A stretch of DNA of 64,000 nt from Schmidtea polychroa (taxonomy: Eukaryota): assembly GCA_044892525.1 (NCBI GenBank), contig CM097886.1, positions 166,706,312-166,770,311 on the forward strand, read 5' to 3'. Of the stretch, positions 1 through 13,666 are shown in pieces. Every line of letters begins with the position of its first letter. Positions within the stretch are counted from its first letter, which is position 1. Below the pieces are notes generated by a model that worked only from the letters and a program-made list of their open reading frames with translations, ran no database searches and was not told where the DNA came from. The translations under genes were made by a program, and so were the position numbers.

Positions 1-439
1 CAATCACTCATTTAAGTTAATCATTTCTGTTTACCAAGGCGGAAATATTTTCTTTAATTTATAGTTATTTTGCATTTATTACTTCCTAATATTCTCCGTT
101 TAATATGAGCAAAATTCCGTTACATATGCAACATTCCTAACACAAAAAAAGTGAGTAGGTTGACAGAAAACTTGATGCGTGAGTCACTGTCCTGCTATAC
201 AAATACAAGTTAGCACTCGCAGTCGAAAGAGATGAATTCTAAATTTGATTAGTCGAATTGTTGTTGTTGTTGTCTTTTCGTTTAAGTTTTATAGAACAAT
301 GAAGCAAGGAGCATGAGCAAAAAACGATAAATTAATCAAATATTTGAATAGTTTACATTATTCTTTTATAATTTTTGAAAAGTAATTATGACTGGATTAG
401 TGAGCACAAATGAAAATATTTTATAACATGCATAAAGTG

Positions 440-1680
440 TAAAATATGAAATTATGTCAAATCCCTGGAGTTTATGCCATGTTATCTTAACCTGTGAGAT
501 GCATCTTCGCAAGGCAGTTGTACTGATGTATCAAGGGAGATTAAACTTCGTTATAATTTATACAAAGAAAGAAAATGTGGGAAGGTATGGGAAGTTAAGA
601 ACCTGATTTAAGTCATCGTAAAGTCTGGATATGTTTGAAAAAGATCAAATATCAGTAAAGATATCAATAATATTTTTTCAACGAAAGGTTTTGGTAGATA
701 TAGGCTTTCAAACTCTTTTGGGGTTGGAATACCTTAAAAAGTGTCTGTCACAGTTGGTGAGATAAAATAAGGCGCTAATATGGTTCTAGGACAAAACTTT
801 TTCGAAAATAACCAGCCAAATATGAAATATTGTAGGATTTTGTAAGAGCAAAATTCAAACGGACAGAATATAAGCTTATATTAGACTGGAAAACTAGATG
901 GAATAGCATGTTTTATATGATTGAAAAAATTTTAAAATTGAAAAGCTGCATCCCAAATTCAACCGAATTAGAATCTGACGACGAATGGAAAACACTTGAT
1001 TTGATATATAAAACTATTCGTACCATAGAATTGATTTTGAAGGAAATTTACGCAGAAGATATAAACTTGCTTAAAGCGGAATCTTTAATAGATTTTCTCT
1101 TGGGCAAAGTTAGAGAAGCAACCAATCCATTGGCTTTAAAGCTTTATCAAAACCTTACTAATAAGTATAATGTGAGAAGAAATGTGGAAACTGTGGCAAT
1201 GATATTTTGCTATGATATTTACCACCAATATTTATTGAAGAGTCAAACTCAAGAGCTTTCGCTTTTCTAACAAAACAACTATTGAAGAAGCATGCTGAAC
1301 GAACATACAAGAGATTATTTCCTGAACACCGCGAGATCAAAGAAACAAATGAAGAAGTTGTTTTACAAACAAATGTTGCCCAACTAGTTCAGTCTTCGAT
1401 GGTGATGATCAACTCATGATTGAAAATATTCGTGTAATGAATAAACTTAATGAGGACATTAAGACTGATACCAATGAATAGGATATCTATAAAGAATTCA
1501 AGTATTTTGAATAAACTCTGAAGAGGAGGGAAAAACTTGAAAAATTTTAAAATTCATTGCTTACGATAAAACCGGCCAGTGTTCAGATTGAAAGAACATT
1601 CTCGATTACAGAACTATTTAACACTAATATGAGGTGTTTTCAGCTGAGAATTGAATATTTCATTAATTTATTAAGATAAT
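440..1680 (+). pseudogene. Decayed hAT-superfamily transposase (in intron 2 of the dystrophin-like gene)
   Basis: ORF 908-1270 resembles the hAT helical region and the 59671-60003 ORF. The C-terminal dimerisation motif TIKPASVQIERTFS reads at 1563-1604. Many stops and frameshifts; boundaries approximate. Confidence 0.7.
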
Positions 1681-2483
1681 TTATGGTAATTATAAATGAT
1701 AATTAATGGACATTTAAAATAAGTTTTAAAATAATTTTCAAATTAAAGAGATTTTATTAAAGATAAATTTTAAATAAATAAGTATTTTAAATATGTTTTA
1801 ATAGGAAATAATTTTTAAATAAATACATTTTAAATATCGAAAATTTGAATAAATTATTTTGAAAATATTTATTCAAGGCTGAAAATTTGTTTGAAACTTA
1901 TGCAATATTTCTTTAAATAAATACTTTGAATTATGACGTTATCTTTTGAACCTGATTTGAAAAATAATTTAGAAGATATTCTAGCAGCTTCTAATAACTA
2001 AAATTAGAACACGTCTATCTGGTTAAACACTCAATGGACTGCGTTTTTAAAAGATTATTTTCAAATAAGTTTCTAAAGTTGAACGCCTACTTTTCTTTGA
2101 GATGTTAAATTTTTTTGTCATTCTGTCAAATATTTTTAATAAAAAATAATTTTGGTAAATCATGGATTTGTATTTTTTTTAAAGAAATTTTAATACTTAT
2201 TTTAAATTAAAAATTAAATTAAAATGTGCATTAAATAAAGGATATAACTACTGCATTTTAAATATATTTCCCAAATAATCATTCATAAATTGTAAACCCG
2301 GTTTTGATTAATGCGCATCGGATCAACTCGGTTTTGAATTTATATAAAATATAAAATTTATTAATAGCTTTAGAAAAAGACCTAAGCTCCGTAATTTTTG
2401 ATTAAATATTTACCAGTGAAACAATTAAAATCAAAAGTGTCTTCAAAATTAAGTAAAAACAAAAAACTTATAAACTAAATCAC

Positions 2484-3092
2484 CTTTGACAATAAATTGT
2501 TGATCCATTTTGTGAATGTCTTTTTCTGGATGTGCTCATGCTCGTCTGAATAAAATGAAAGATAAATTTCCTTGCATAAATATTATGGTAAATAAATAAA
2601 CAAATGGGCTGGCTCATTTACTTCGTATAAGTGGACCTCTCGTTCGGATTAACATAGATAGCTTCTAAACATTAATTCTGTCAAATTGTTTTAAACTAGT
2701 GAAAATTTATGAGTTTTTCCCCTTCAAGCCCTCTTGAAAAGAGATGATCTATTGGCAAATACAATAGCCGTAATACAATGAGACATCCCTGAAATGCATC
2801 AGCCAATGTTAATTTCACTATTTTAATTGCTAAAAGCGAAAGAATAGACAGTTTAATACAAGTCGGACATTGATGCGTGTCTGTACCCCTTAATATGTCA
2901 GGCAACACTGATGAAAATCAACACGGTTCATAGGGAGAAACAATTGTTTCCTTTTAAAAACAGCCGACAGTACGAGGAATTGTCAATTAAAACATGAAAT
3001 GAAATTAAATTTTTTACGGTGACATACAAACATTTTGTAAAATACTGAAAAAATCCCATACTTTGTAATTCATTTATTTCCCATAGGGTCAT
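2484..3092 (-). CDS. DMD: Dystrophin-like gene, coding exons 1 (3062-3092, 31 nt) and 2 (2484-2545, 62 nt); the gene presumably continues beyond the left edge
   Basis: The spliced product MTLWEINELQ-N-EHEHIQKKTFTKWINNLLSK aligns without gaps to human Dp427m MLWWEEVEDCYEREDVQKKTFTKWVNAQFSK (start of CH1). Donor A|GTATGG at 3061, acceptor TTTTATTCAG| at 2546, donor AAG|GTGATT at 2483. Other spectrin-superfamily CH1 genes (nesprin, spectraplakin) are not excluded. Confidence 0.7.
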
Positions 3093-3543
3093 GTAGACAA
3101 GACATGTTGAGGATAAGAATTCTCATTTTTTATCCCAGGCATAGAGACCAAGAGTAGGCTTTGAGTAAAAACAGTAGTTTAATTCCCATAAATCCTTTTA
3201 AGAATATATTTAATGTACATTCAAATGTTTTATTTTTACATATACACCAAAACTTCACTTGGTGTCCATAATTGGTTCTACAAAAATGCTATGCCAAATG
3301 AACTAGCATTTTCCATGTATTTTTTATGTGAAATGATATTTGGAATTCACTCTCAAATTTTTGCTTTAATTGTTTCATAATATTATTTTTTCGATATTTC
3401 ATTAAAATTATTGAAAATTATAAAATAATGCAAAATTACAAATAAAAACGCAACGCAATGTTATACACAATTTAAACGCAAACTGAAAATTGAGTGTCAA
3501 AAATATTTTTTTACACAAACCGAATCAACGCAAAGTGAGATAT

Positions 3544-3749
3544 CAGTGTATATACTCGCGTAAAGGTCGAGAAATTTACCTCAAATTTTCAAGTCAAAAT
3601 AGCCACTTCGATTTATATGCGAGTCAAAAAAAGTACAAATTAATTTTTAATGAAATCATTTTTGTTACTTCGACTTATACGCGGGTTTCCAATTTAGGAC
3701 TTAAAAACCTCTTAAAATTTACTCGACTTATACGCGAGTATATACTGTA
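3544..3749. mobile_element. Tigger/pogo-like MITE
   Basis: Imperfect terminal inverted repeats GTATATACTCGCGTA(A/T)A(G/A)GTCGAG at both ends, TA-rich flanks, and internal repeats of TCGACTTATACGCG. Confidence 0.7.
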
Positions 3750-3949
3750 TATGTTATTTATTTCAATTTAATATGTAAAGTTTAGGGTAAGAGATAAAAG
3801 GTTTTACTAAAAATAGCAATTTAATCCATTCGAACGAGTGGGAACTTAAGTTATAGTATTAGAAAATTTCAAACGAAAGAACATATTCGATCATACAAAG
3901 ATCTTCGATGCTCTTTCAACACAAATTACAAAATTGTCACAATATTTGC

Positions 3950-4800
3950 ATTCTTCTTTCCAAAACAAATTTTAACACTTAAGGCAGAAAACCCAATGGG
4001 CAATCGCCTTTTCTGGTACTTCTATTATAATTTACTCGATTACAATTATTTTGCCTCTTCGTCTGATTTATCCTTTTGACCACTAAATTTATTTTTTAGA
4101 TCTTCGACCAACTGGTAATTTATTTCTTTTTAGCTCTCTTTTTATACTGTTGTTAAGACAATTATTTGATTGATATCAGGCAATTATTTCGAATTTCGCT
4201 CTTTCGAATTTCACCGTCTTTCCATGTTACGCTTGGGCATTTTATCAACAATTATGTTGGTGATTATTTTGGGTTCCCACATCGTTTTGGTCCATACACT
4301 GCTTGAGTTTCCCATTAGTGAATTAATTAATTTTAATTATTTTGATATTTTGTTATAACTTTCTTTAGAGATTCCTCGCTAAATTTTTATTATTATTTTT
4401 AGGTTTGACTCATGATTCGGCGTTTGACCATCCCCGTTTCTACGTACAATATTAATTTTCAATTTTTAATGAATTTTAATTAAATTTGCACTTTTATTAT
4501 TTTGATTTTATTATTGATTTTAACCTGCTTCCATTTTATTAATGTCCCTTCCTATATTGACCCCAACAGTATGAATCGTTTACAGTATAGTGTTTCGTCA
4601 AGATTAAAAACTTGAGAGAGAAATTAAAATTTGATGTTTAAATCTTTCATTCGAAAGAAGTAAAACATTTGAGTTCCAAATTTTTTTAGAAGGATTGAAG
4701 ACTCATCAAATCGTAATAACTTATTCAGCTCCAAGGCATCATAACACAGGCGGCTTAGTTGAGAAGCAATTTAGATACATTCTCATCGTTGGAATAGTCA
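3950..4800. pseudogene. Decayed Ty3/Gypsy fragments (gag/protease-like on minus; integrase piece on plus 4722-4781)
   Basis: 4722-4781 translates YSAPRHHNTGGLVEKQFRYI, matching FSSPYHHNTNGIIERQFRTI in the intact pol of this window. The minus-strand gag/protease similarity is weak. Confidence 0.55.
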
Positions 4801-5249
4801 GAATAATTCTTTGCCTTTATTTTTACAAGAATATTTGATTAACTTTTATTATAAATTTACGTAAGTCTTTTTCTAGATTGGGCAAATGTAGGCAGTGGGA
4901 GAATATGTTAACAAAATGGTCATCCGACTATTGTTTTAATGCTCTTGTTCAATTAATTGGTTGAAATCTTTTGAAATTAAAATGGGTTGCCTAGCAACAT
5001 ACTTCAATTAAAAAAGACTGACATAAAGTTGGAAATTTTTTGTATTGACAATTTCAAATACAAAAAAATTCATTTTTCAATTGTTTGTTTTATCAAAAAT
5101 ACAAAATGGACATTAAATTGGAATAAAACTTCATATACACCTCAATAGTAGGATGGTCCATCACATGTTAGGATGAATTTTTTTACTACGTAAAAAATTG
5201 ACATAAGAAATAATTAAAATTTTTAAAAAAATTTTTTAAATTTTTTTTT

Positions 5250-5422
5250 TTCAATAGAGAAAAATCGATTTTCAGACAGCGTTGGAATTAAAATGTCATG
5301 TCGAATAAAACAGAAAATTATGATAATATTTTTAATTTAAAAATATTATCATAATTTTCTGTTTTATTCGACATGACATTTTAATTCCAACGCTGTCTGA
5401 AAATCGATTTTTCTCTATTGAA
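5250..5422. repeat. Perfect palindrome: 86-bp arms, 1-nt loop
   Basis: 5250-5335 is the exact reverse complement of 5337-5422, with a single central T at 5336. Confidence 0.95.
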
Positions 5423-8400
5423 TGATAAATAATTTGTCCAATTTAGGTAAATATTTCCTATACTATATCCATTTATATTTTTAATAAATTTAATTTATTG
5501 ATTTGAATTTATGACTAATAGTCATGGTAACGGTGATTGAATTTGAGTGTCAAGTTGATATTTAATTTAATAGAAACATGAACAATAAGCTTAGGAAAAT
5601 ATCTTCTTTAATATTTAATGACTCATTTTTGGAAAGAATGTGCTTTTTCTTCACTTTGCAAGATTTATGTATCATTTATATTCAATAAAAGTTATTTGAA
5701 TCGCTTTGAATTAAATTTTAATAATTTAATTATCTTTTTAATTTGATTTAATTAATTTTCGATAAACTCACTGTGATCCGTTGTCAATGTTGATCAGAAA
5801 GCGATCAAATATTTACAATACAGCATCAATAATAATGTGAAAGTTGAAATATTTTCTCACTAAATTTTGGTTGTTTTTCTAAACTGATTTGCACACAAGG
5901 TCAATAGTTATTGAGACATACGCAAGTTCACAAAAAAGACCAAAATAGTCGCCATTAGAAGTCAAGGTTACTTTTTTTTATTTTTTACAACATTCGCATT
6001 CCGGATCTTGTTGAAGATTCTTCAAGACTCGAAAGAGAAACTAATAAAATCTTCTATCTTGTACATATATTATTGTTATTGAACTTTTCTAACAAGGTAA
6101 TTCTAAACCGTTCCAAAATATTTCCTCTTGATCTTGATTGAAACAAAAAAAATCATTTGATTTAATATAATTTATCCGTAATTAATGGAACAATGTTAAG
6201 GGATCCTTCATCCTTAACATTCCTACATTCATGTAAAAGCGCTCTTCGGCCAAATCTAAGCGTGACATTAAGCAAAAGAAAGTTGAAAGTTGAAAATACC
6301 ACAACTAATCTAAAAATGGCAGCCATGTTGAAATGTGCAAATGTCTTATCAATACTGTTTCCATTTTGAAGGAGTTCTTGTTGCAGACAGATTATTTAAT
6401 TTTTTAAAAAATTTCAAAAATAAGAATGTTTGAAATTCTATAAAAGTTGATTATTGATCGAAAAATAATATTTTTTTGATGAAAAGAATTCTTAAACCTT
6501 TTTATTTTTAAACCCTTATAGCAAAAGTCTAATGAATGAAAAATTCTTGGAAATTTCTGGCTTTGTTTTAAGCGTATTTGTAAAATAAAATAATAAAAAG
6601 TTAATATTCTTCGAGAAAATTAATGAGTGGATGGCAAATGATGAGACAAACAAGAATATATTAATATAAAATCGATTTGGGCCCCTACACATAGTTATTT
6701 AGTGAAATACAAACTAATTAATTAATTAAATTTAAAAATTGGTCCTGGTTCTTTGTTGAGAAATTGTAATGAGAAGAATGTTCCCTATAGAAAGAGTTCC
6801 AAACTCAGTGAAGTCACTAGAAATGGTCGAAAAAAAAATAGAGTGGAGAAATAAAAGAAATAAAAAACCAAAGTATGTAATTGGGTTAGAATTAAGTAAA
6901 TTGTATTGATAATAATTGAGAAAAAGAACTGTAAATTGTGTTATTAATAAAGGTTATTCGTGTTGAGTTAGTATTATTCGATAAAGATCACGCGGAGTCA
7001 GACTAGCAGTTATATCCTACTAAAATATAAACTTATTCATAAAACGTATTCATAATTTTTTTTAATTAAAACCTATGTTTGAATGAAACAGGCAATGATT
7101 ATCCTTTAACTTAAAATTGTATCCTTGGCAATTTACCGTTTTATTATCTCATTGAGAATAATAATTTGCCCTTATTTGAAAAATTAGTTAGCAGTTACAT
7201 CGATCACTTTTTAATATGTTTCAAGATACAGTAGAAAACATTAATGAAACATGCAAACAAAGCGCATACAATTTCTTTAATAATAAAAGACATACAAAAA
7301 AGCGATAAAATGCGTATGCTGCAAAAGATACACCAACGCGTACAAATTATGTCCAAAAAAGACAAATATTATTAATAATTATATTTTTTATTAAATTTAC
7401 ATTTTTATAAAGTTTTTTTATTTAATTTTATTTAAGTAAACTTGGAAAATATTTCCGAGGATAGTAATCGAAGAAAGCATTCATTTTGGTATAAGAAAAA
7501 ATTATATCTCAATAAATTTATATATCTTGGTCATATTTATTCAAAAATTTAACTATTTAAAATAACTTACATATTTAAATTTAAAATGCGAAATTTACAG
7601 AATTTGATAAAGAATTTGGACAATAATTTGTAAGTAGTAATTACTCCTTTTTTAGATATAAATACTCCTAACACAAAATAAAATTTTTATTTTTTACAAT
7701 GTGGCTTACATTAAATTTTGTGTTGTTGTTTGATAAAATACAGATTTTTTTCCTTAATAATATATTACTTTTTGAAACTTCAGATCGTATATACATTGCA
7801 TGAACATCACTTTATGCTTGTTCAAAGCAGTTAAATATTGTCATCGAATGAATATAATTTAAAAAATTTATACATTTAACCCTGTTTAGCCCCGTGTTGC
7901 ACATATTCAACAGTTACAGTTTGATATTCCACGCTCATTTTCAACACAGCCATTTAGGAACGCAAATTCTGTTGATTTGTTTTTGTGAAGTTTTATGTCA
8001 ATCGTATTTCGATTTGGTTTGGAACTTTAACCACATCAAGTAAGTATGTTCTGAATTTCTATTATTTTTGGGTGTTTTTGATCACCCAGGATTTACTGCA
8101 TGTTTTGACACGGTCCCTAAATTGTTATGTTTGCATATGCACAATATAGTCCCAAATAAAAGGACCCCCTGAAATATTATTAAAATTCAGTCTATGCCAA
8201 ATGATTAAACAAGTGTCTAAATATTTTATGCACCAATTAATTTTAAAACGATTCAAATTTTGAGAGTTTAATTTGATATTTATTGATACACTTGTCATGG
8301 TTGAATGAAAATTAAAATTCAACAATGAATATTTAGGATTTGATATTATTGTTTAGTATTGTTTAAATGAGTGTTCATTTTTAATTTATTTTATTTAAAA

Positions 8401-9147
8401 TATCGAAACTTTAAATTTATATTAAACGTGTTTTTGGTTTGTAAAAATATAATTAATTAATATTTTGTTTATTTAGATTATGACGGTAAATTATTTGTTT
8501 GAATCAAAGATGACATAACTGAAGTAGTAGAGATCCTGAATAGAATAAATAAACATTTCTGACATTAATTGACAATTTATAATAAACCGTGGCACCACTC
8601 AATCAATTTATAAAAATTAATCTTTTATGATAAATAAATTACTTTTACTTAAACTTGTTTTATCAATTAAAACATCACAATTTAAATTAAAATATTGGGC
8701 TACTTGCAACTAATATTCATATTTTGAATTTGTACCTTTGAACTTGAAGCTCAAGACTGGCAGGTACATTCCTGTTTCCCTGCGCTAAACATTTCCGCGC
8801 CAATAAAATTTAAACTAGGTTTTAATCAAATATTTTCTCTGGAGGTGGAAAGTTTCGCAGAAGAAAAATGTTTTGAAAATAATTTAAGGGTAAAATTATT
8901 TTCATTTACAAAAGATTAATTTTGGCACAAAAGTTTCAACTCGGAAATTTTTGTTGCGTAAAATTAAATTTTTGATTAGTCAAAATGAAAATAAATTAAA
9001 TATCATTTTTATTGACTATCTTTATTCAATGAATATAGTGGCAAATTTACGCATAGGCGTGCCTAGGGTTCTTAAATGAATGAAATTTTTAAAAATTAAT
9101 TTTAAAAATAGCCTTTTTGAATTTTGACTTTAATGAATTATTTTAAA

Positions 9148-9427
9148 TATTAGGTTGTGGAAATAGAAATTCATTTTACGTTCATTTTGAAGCTTTATTT
9201 AATAAGGTTACAATCATACGCTTTGACTTAACTATGTCCCCAGGTTTTCGATGACTTGTTGTCATTTAGAAGGTAACTTCATTATGCCACTTTCCCAAAA
9301 CGACTTGTCCTTGGTTGCAAAAAAACTGAGATAGCCAGTTTTCATAAGCCTCTCTTGAAGCCAATTTAACACAACTAAGAGTGTTTGACATAGACAAAAA
9401 CAGACGATAATCGCTTGGGGCTAAATC
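9148..9427 (-). mobile_element. Mariner 3' end (transposase C-terminus plus TIR)
   Basis: Minus strand reads DLAPSDYRLFLSMSNTL...ENWLSQFFATKDKSFWESGIMKLPSK*QQVIEN (mariner DLAPSD motif and C-terminus). The TA+TTAGGTTG terminus is at 9148. Confidence 0.85.
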
Positions 9428-9554
9428 TCCCTCTTTCATTCTCACTCTTTGGTAAAATAAATATATATGCTTTTATTCAGGTTTTATTTATAAAGCAGGT
9501 CCGTTAAACTTAATAATTTATACTGCTTGCACGGGGCGATCAATGCTGGTGAAT

Positions 9555-10316
9555 TCACTCCACCTCTTCGTCCATCTCATCTGTCAACTCATTGATTTCG
9601 CCGCCCGTCATTGACTTAAGTGCAACAAGTTCATCGGTGAATCCACCGAAAAAGGTTCCAAAAGCAAAACGGAAGCAATTAAAGAGATGTAGAAGAAATG
9701 CCAGGTGTTTAATCATCCACGTTTCATCGAGACACTGAACAGGGTATCTATGCTGACAGAGCAACTCGTACACTTCATCGGCCACCTCATAATCTGACAG
9801 ACAAATGGAACCTGTATCATTAGCTTCGGTGATTTTCTTGACTTGTAATTTCTCAATATCTGCCTCATTTGCTGGTGGAGGACCACTCTGTTCAAATTGA
9901 TTCATAATACTCGTTACAAAATTGTCGAAACTTTGATCTGAAAATATGTAATCTGACGAATCGGATCTAAAATCCAGCGGCAGCAATCCACCAAATAAAT
10001 TTGATATTAGTTGGCCAAAAACACTATTTCTGTTATCAGGATCTCTTGGAGTAATAAAAAAGGAACCATCAGTTTTGTTTGTAGTACTTCCACCAGGAAT
10101 ATGACGAATAAGATGAAAAACATTGAAGGCATCATCATCACTTTCCATTGAATTATGACGAATAATATGAAAAAAATTCAATGCATCATCATCATTTTCC
10201 ATTGAGTTATGACGAATAATATGAAAAACATTCAAGGCATCATCACTTTCCATTGAGTTATCAGATTCAATTCTTTCAATAAATCCATCATTGCACGTCA
10301 CACATTTACCATCCAT
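9555..10316 (-). pseudogene. RNF126/RNF115-like E3 ligase copy with a degenerate RING-H2
   Basis: N-terminal CxxCxxGFIE half zinc ribbon, then IMNQFEQSGPPPA (RNF126 has LLNQFENTGPPPA). In the RING, C1 is Gly (GGT), H5 is Pro (CCT) and the last CxxC is absent. An internal 18-aa repeat occurs three times. Confidence 0.75.
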
Positions 10317-11223
10317 TAAAAACTAAATTCCCAAAAAAATTTATTTTCCAAATTCTCGAACAAACTAAATCTTTTTAAAAACAACTCTAATCACTTTAAA
10401 CAAAATCAAAATCTACCAAAATTCCAGAAATTCCAAATCTCGAACATCAATCCAAAATCGATAAAAAACTTCACACTACAAAACCGAATTATAATTCCAC
10501 AATTGTCCGCGTCTGTGTGCGCACACAAATCAATCCAAAAAAAGTAAAAAGCGCACACAGACGCTAGAACCGATAATTAACCACCAGGCAAAGGGCAAAG
10601 AAAGCCGCTGCCATAAGTCAGCTGTGTTGTCAGGAGATCTCGTCAGTTGTAGACCTAAATCTCGACGGGATGGCCGTCTCTTTAGCTGTAAATTCGAATG
10701 TATTCGATCTCAACGAGTTGTTAGGTGAGGCCGAAAGAACGGTCTTGAACTCGCGAACTCAATTATTGTGATGTTATCCTTGTTTTGATTTAATTCCATT
10801 AAATAATTTTTTTTATTTCTTTGATTTCTCGTCTTAATTCATCTATTTATGTATCATAAGCAATTATTTTTGAATTCACCTTAATAAACAGAATTTAATC
10901 AAATTCGTGACTAAATTAGCATTTCTCATAAATTTTGAGGACTACAAACTCTGACGTATGATGAAATTATCACCTCACTTCTTTCATTAGTATAAGACCT
11001 TCTATCGGCCGCTCAGAACCCGTTTAGATCGTATTACGAAGAGTAGTTTCGGCAACGACTTTCGGCTATCATGAACATCACCAACATGGACATTGTCATG
11101 GGTACATGGGTAGAGTTTGAAATAGTCGTGGAGGCTTTTCAGGCCGTTTTTATTAAGACAAGACCATCTTCACTCATACACTCAAATATGTTTTTGATTT
11201 CCTTTTCCCAAAACGTCAAAAGA

Positions 11224-11490
11224 GGTCTGGCATTGTCCTGGTAGAACTCATTTATAAAACTGTCTTGTAGTCGATCTTTAGTTCCCGGGCAATGCTACGG
11301 TAAGTTTTATGACGATCTACTTCAACAATTTCTAAGTTTTATCGAAATATTTGACGATAGGGCTTCTAGTGCATGGTACTTCTTTCACATCAAATTTACC
11401 GGAACGAAACCGATGAAACCAAAATTCGTCTAGGCTGACTGTTACAGTATTGTGACCATAAACACCATTTAGAATTTCAGCCGATAACGT
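11224..11490 (-). mobile_element. Mariner transposase N-terminal/HTH remnant plus DNARP motif
   Basis: Minus strand reads AEILNGVYGHNTVT...WFHRFRSGKFDVKE...EVDRHKTYRSIARELKIDYKTVL, then FYQDNARP after an internal deletion. Confidence 0.8.
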
Positions 11491-13627
11491 AGAACTTGTT
11501 AACCATAATTGTCTGTCTGCTGCAGTTTACATTGTTGGACTAAGAACCAAATAACCTCTTTCGATTTTCTTGTTTTAATTATCTAAGTTTTGCGAGGACG
11601 TTTCCGTGTATTACTTATTATTACGAGCGCGACTTTTAAAGTAAACAGTACGGGTATAAATTTTTCTCGTCATCATTACAGAACTCGGGACTGGTGTACT
11701 GGTCAGGAATTTGTAAATCATGGGCGTTCTTGTAAGAGCCAATAAACCGTCTACTAGTTTTGCCTGCTTTTTACTCAAACGCCAACAACATGTTGAAATT
11801 TTTATTCTTATCATCCCGTCATTTGTAGTGTTAAAACTTCGTGAATTATTGGGTAACTTTTGCACAAAGGCTACACACTATAAGTCTTATACTCTCGGTC
11901 TACAGAAAATGTCTGCGCCTAGGGCCCCATTTTCTGTAAAGGAACTGCTGATGACATATTATTTATTAAATAAAATGTTTATAACAATTTAGACCAAACA
12001 AAACTGTTCCGTGTTTAATAATTGACAATAAAAAGAATTAATATAATAAGTTTTTAAAAACATCCCAAATAATAATTTTTATTGATGACTGCATTTAAAT
12101 AGTTTGCGAGCCGCAGGATGGATGGTGCTGGTTTAAAGTAATTTCTCTTTAATTTAACATAGCAAAATAGTTAGAATTATAGATTTTTAGAAAGATTAGA
12201 TTAGAAATTATTATTACTAGTTATAACCAGTAATAATGGCAGCATTTTTCATGTTTAAATTTCAGCTTTAGTAAGTAGCTTAATGTCTAATAGTAACAGC
12301 CATGCCAATATTTTGAAAAAATAGTTTTTTGAAGGTGTTCTTTAATTTATATTATTATTATTAGCTATAACCATCAGAATATTATTTTCATGTCCCAACA
12401 ATGTATAAATCAGAACACATAATTCTCTTCTAAAGTTATTTTTATATTCAAAATGTTTACATAAAACATAAGGAAATTTTGATAAATAATCAATCGAAAT
12501 ACATAATTCTCCATGAATGAGTGATTATGGAATAACTCGTAATTAAAATCACCAAATGGCAAATTTTATTATAACTTAATTTTGATCGACAACATGGCAT
12601 TTTTATTTTAATGTTATCTGAAAATCGACTTTTCTCTATCGAATGATGCATAATTTGTCCTCAGCAGCCAAAAATAAATCTTAATTTATAAAAAAAAACC
12701 ATGAATTTTGAGGATTTACAAATAAAAATGATTGTAACCACTGAATTGTACTGTACAAGCATCCCGCCGAGTACAAAGAACGAAACATAAACGAAATACT
12801 TTTTGACTGCGACCTCATTTGAAGACAAATTTCAATGTTGCCTATGGAAATAAAAAGGTTCCCCACTCCTGGGTTATAGTAACTAATAATCAACTAGTAT
12901 TCATTTCCAACCTTTAAATGGCGTTACAACCATGCATTGTTACATACGTATACTAAGACAGAATAATAAATAAAATGAGAAATTCAGTTACAATAAAACT
13001 GTCATAAAATTAATTGTAATACAAATGATTTATAAATAATTACATTTATTTTAATAATATCCTGAAGTTTATACATTATTTTTAACCCCCTACCATTCCC
13101 AACTTAGCAAAGGGAAAACTGTATTTCCATTTATTTCAGTACAAATTTCTTAAAATTTATATTTTACAAAATTTAAATAATTGTTTATACATTTACTATT
13201 CAACAAAATAAGAGTTATTACAAAAAGATAAATTTAAACAAATAATCAATAACCTTGACATTGAGCAATCGAAATAAAATTTTAAATAAAGTTTTTAAAG
13301 ATTTTTTTTTAAATATTCACTTAAAAATTTAACAACAAAATAAGAGTAAAAGTTAATTTTGTTTGAAATTATTTTTAATAAAAAATATCTTTAATTACAT
13401 TAAATATTCTTACTTTTATTATGGAAAACAGAGCATTCCATGAAATATTTGAGCTAATATCAAATCAATCAGTTGAACAATTAAATGTTAATTATTATTA
13501 GCGTCAAATGTTGGTCAGTAATTCATTTATATTCTACTAATCATTATTAATTATTATTTAATCTTGCACTTAATAACGCACACTTGGCCAGTGGTGCACT
13601 GATTAAATTTTCTAATTCTTTCTGTAT

Positions 13628-13666
13628 TTAACAGTCGAGCACTGCAACCAATTGAGCTACCGAACA
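13628..13666 (-). pseudogene. tRNA-Asn(GTT)-like 5' half (pseudogene or SINE fragment)
   Basis: TGTTCGGTAGCTCAATTGGTTGCAGTGCTCGACTGTTAA has an A-box/D-arm pattern and a CTGTTAA anticodon loop, but there is no complementary 3' anticodon stem and no T-loop. Confidence 0.3.

Noticed and set aside
1930-2010. LLEAARISSKLFFKSGSKDNVII on minus, as a PP2C-like piece or dystrophin exon 3
   Set aside because: Too short, and it does not match the expected CH1 continuation (LFxDLxDG).
5770-6400. Possible decayed membrane-protein exons on minus
   Set aside because: Only hydrophobic stretches with stops; no recognisable family motif.
10993-11060. Ribozyme-like motif CGGCCGATAGAAGGTCTTA shared with 40557-40586
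   Set aside because: No complete hammerhead or HDV core could be built. The similarity extends to the TTAA|CCCTTT terminus at 40448, so it is better explained as a transposon end.
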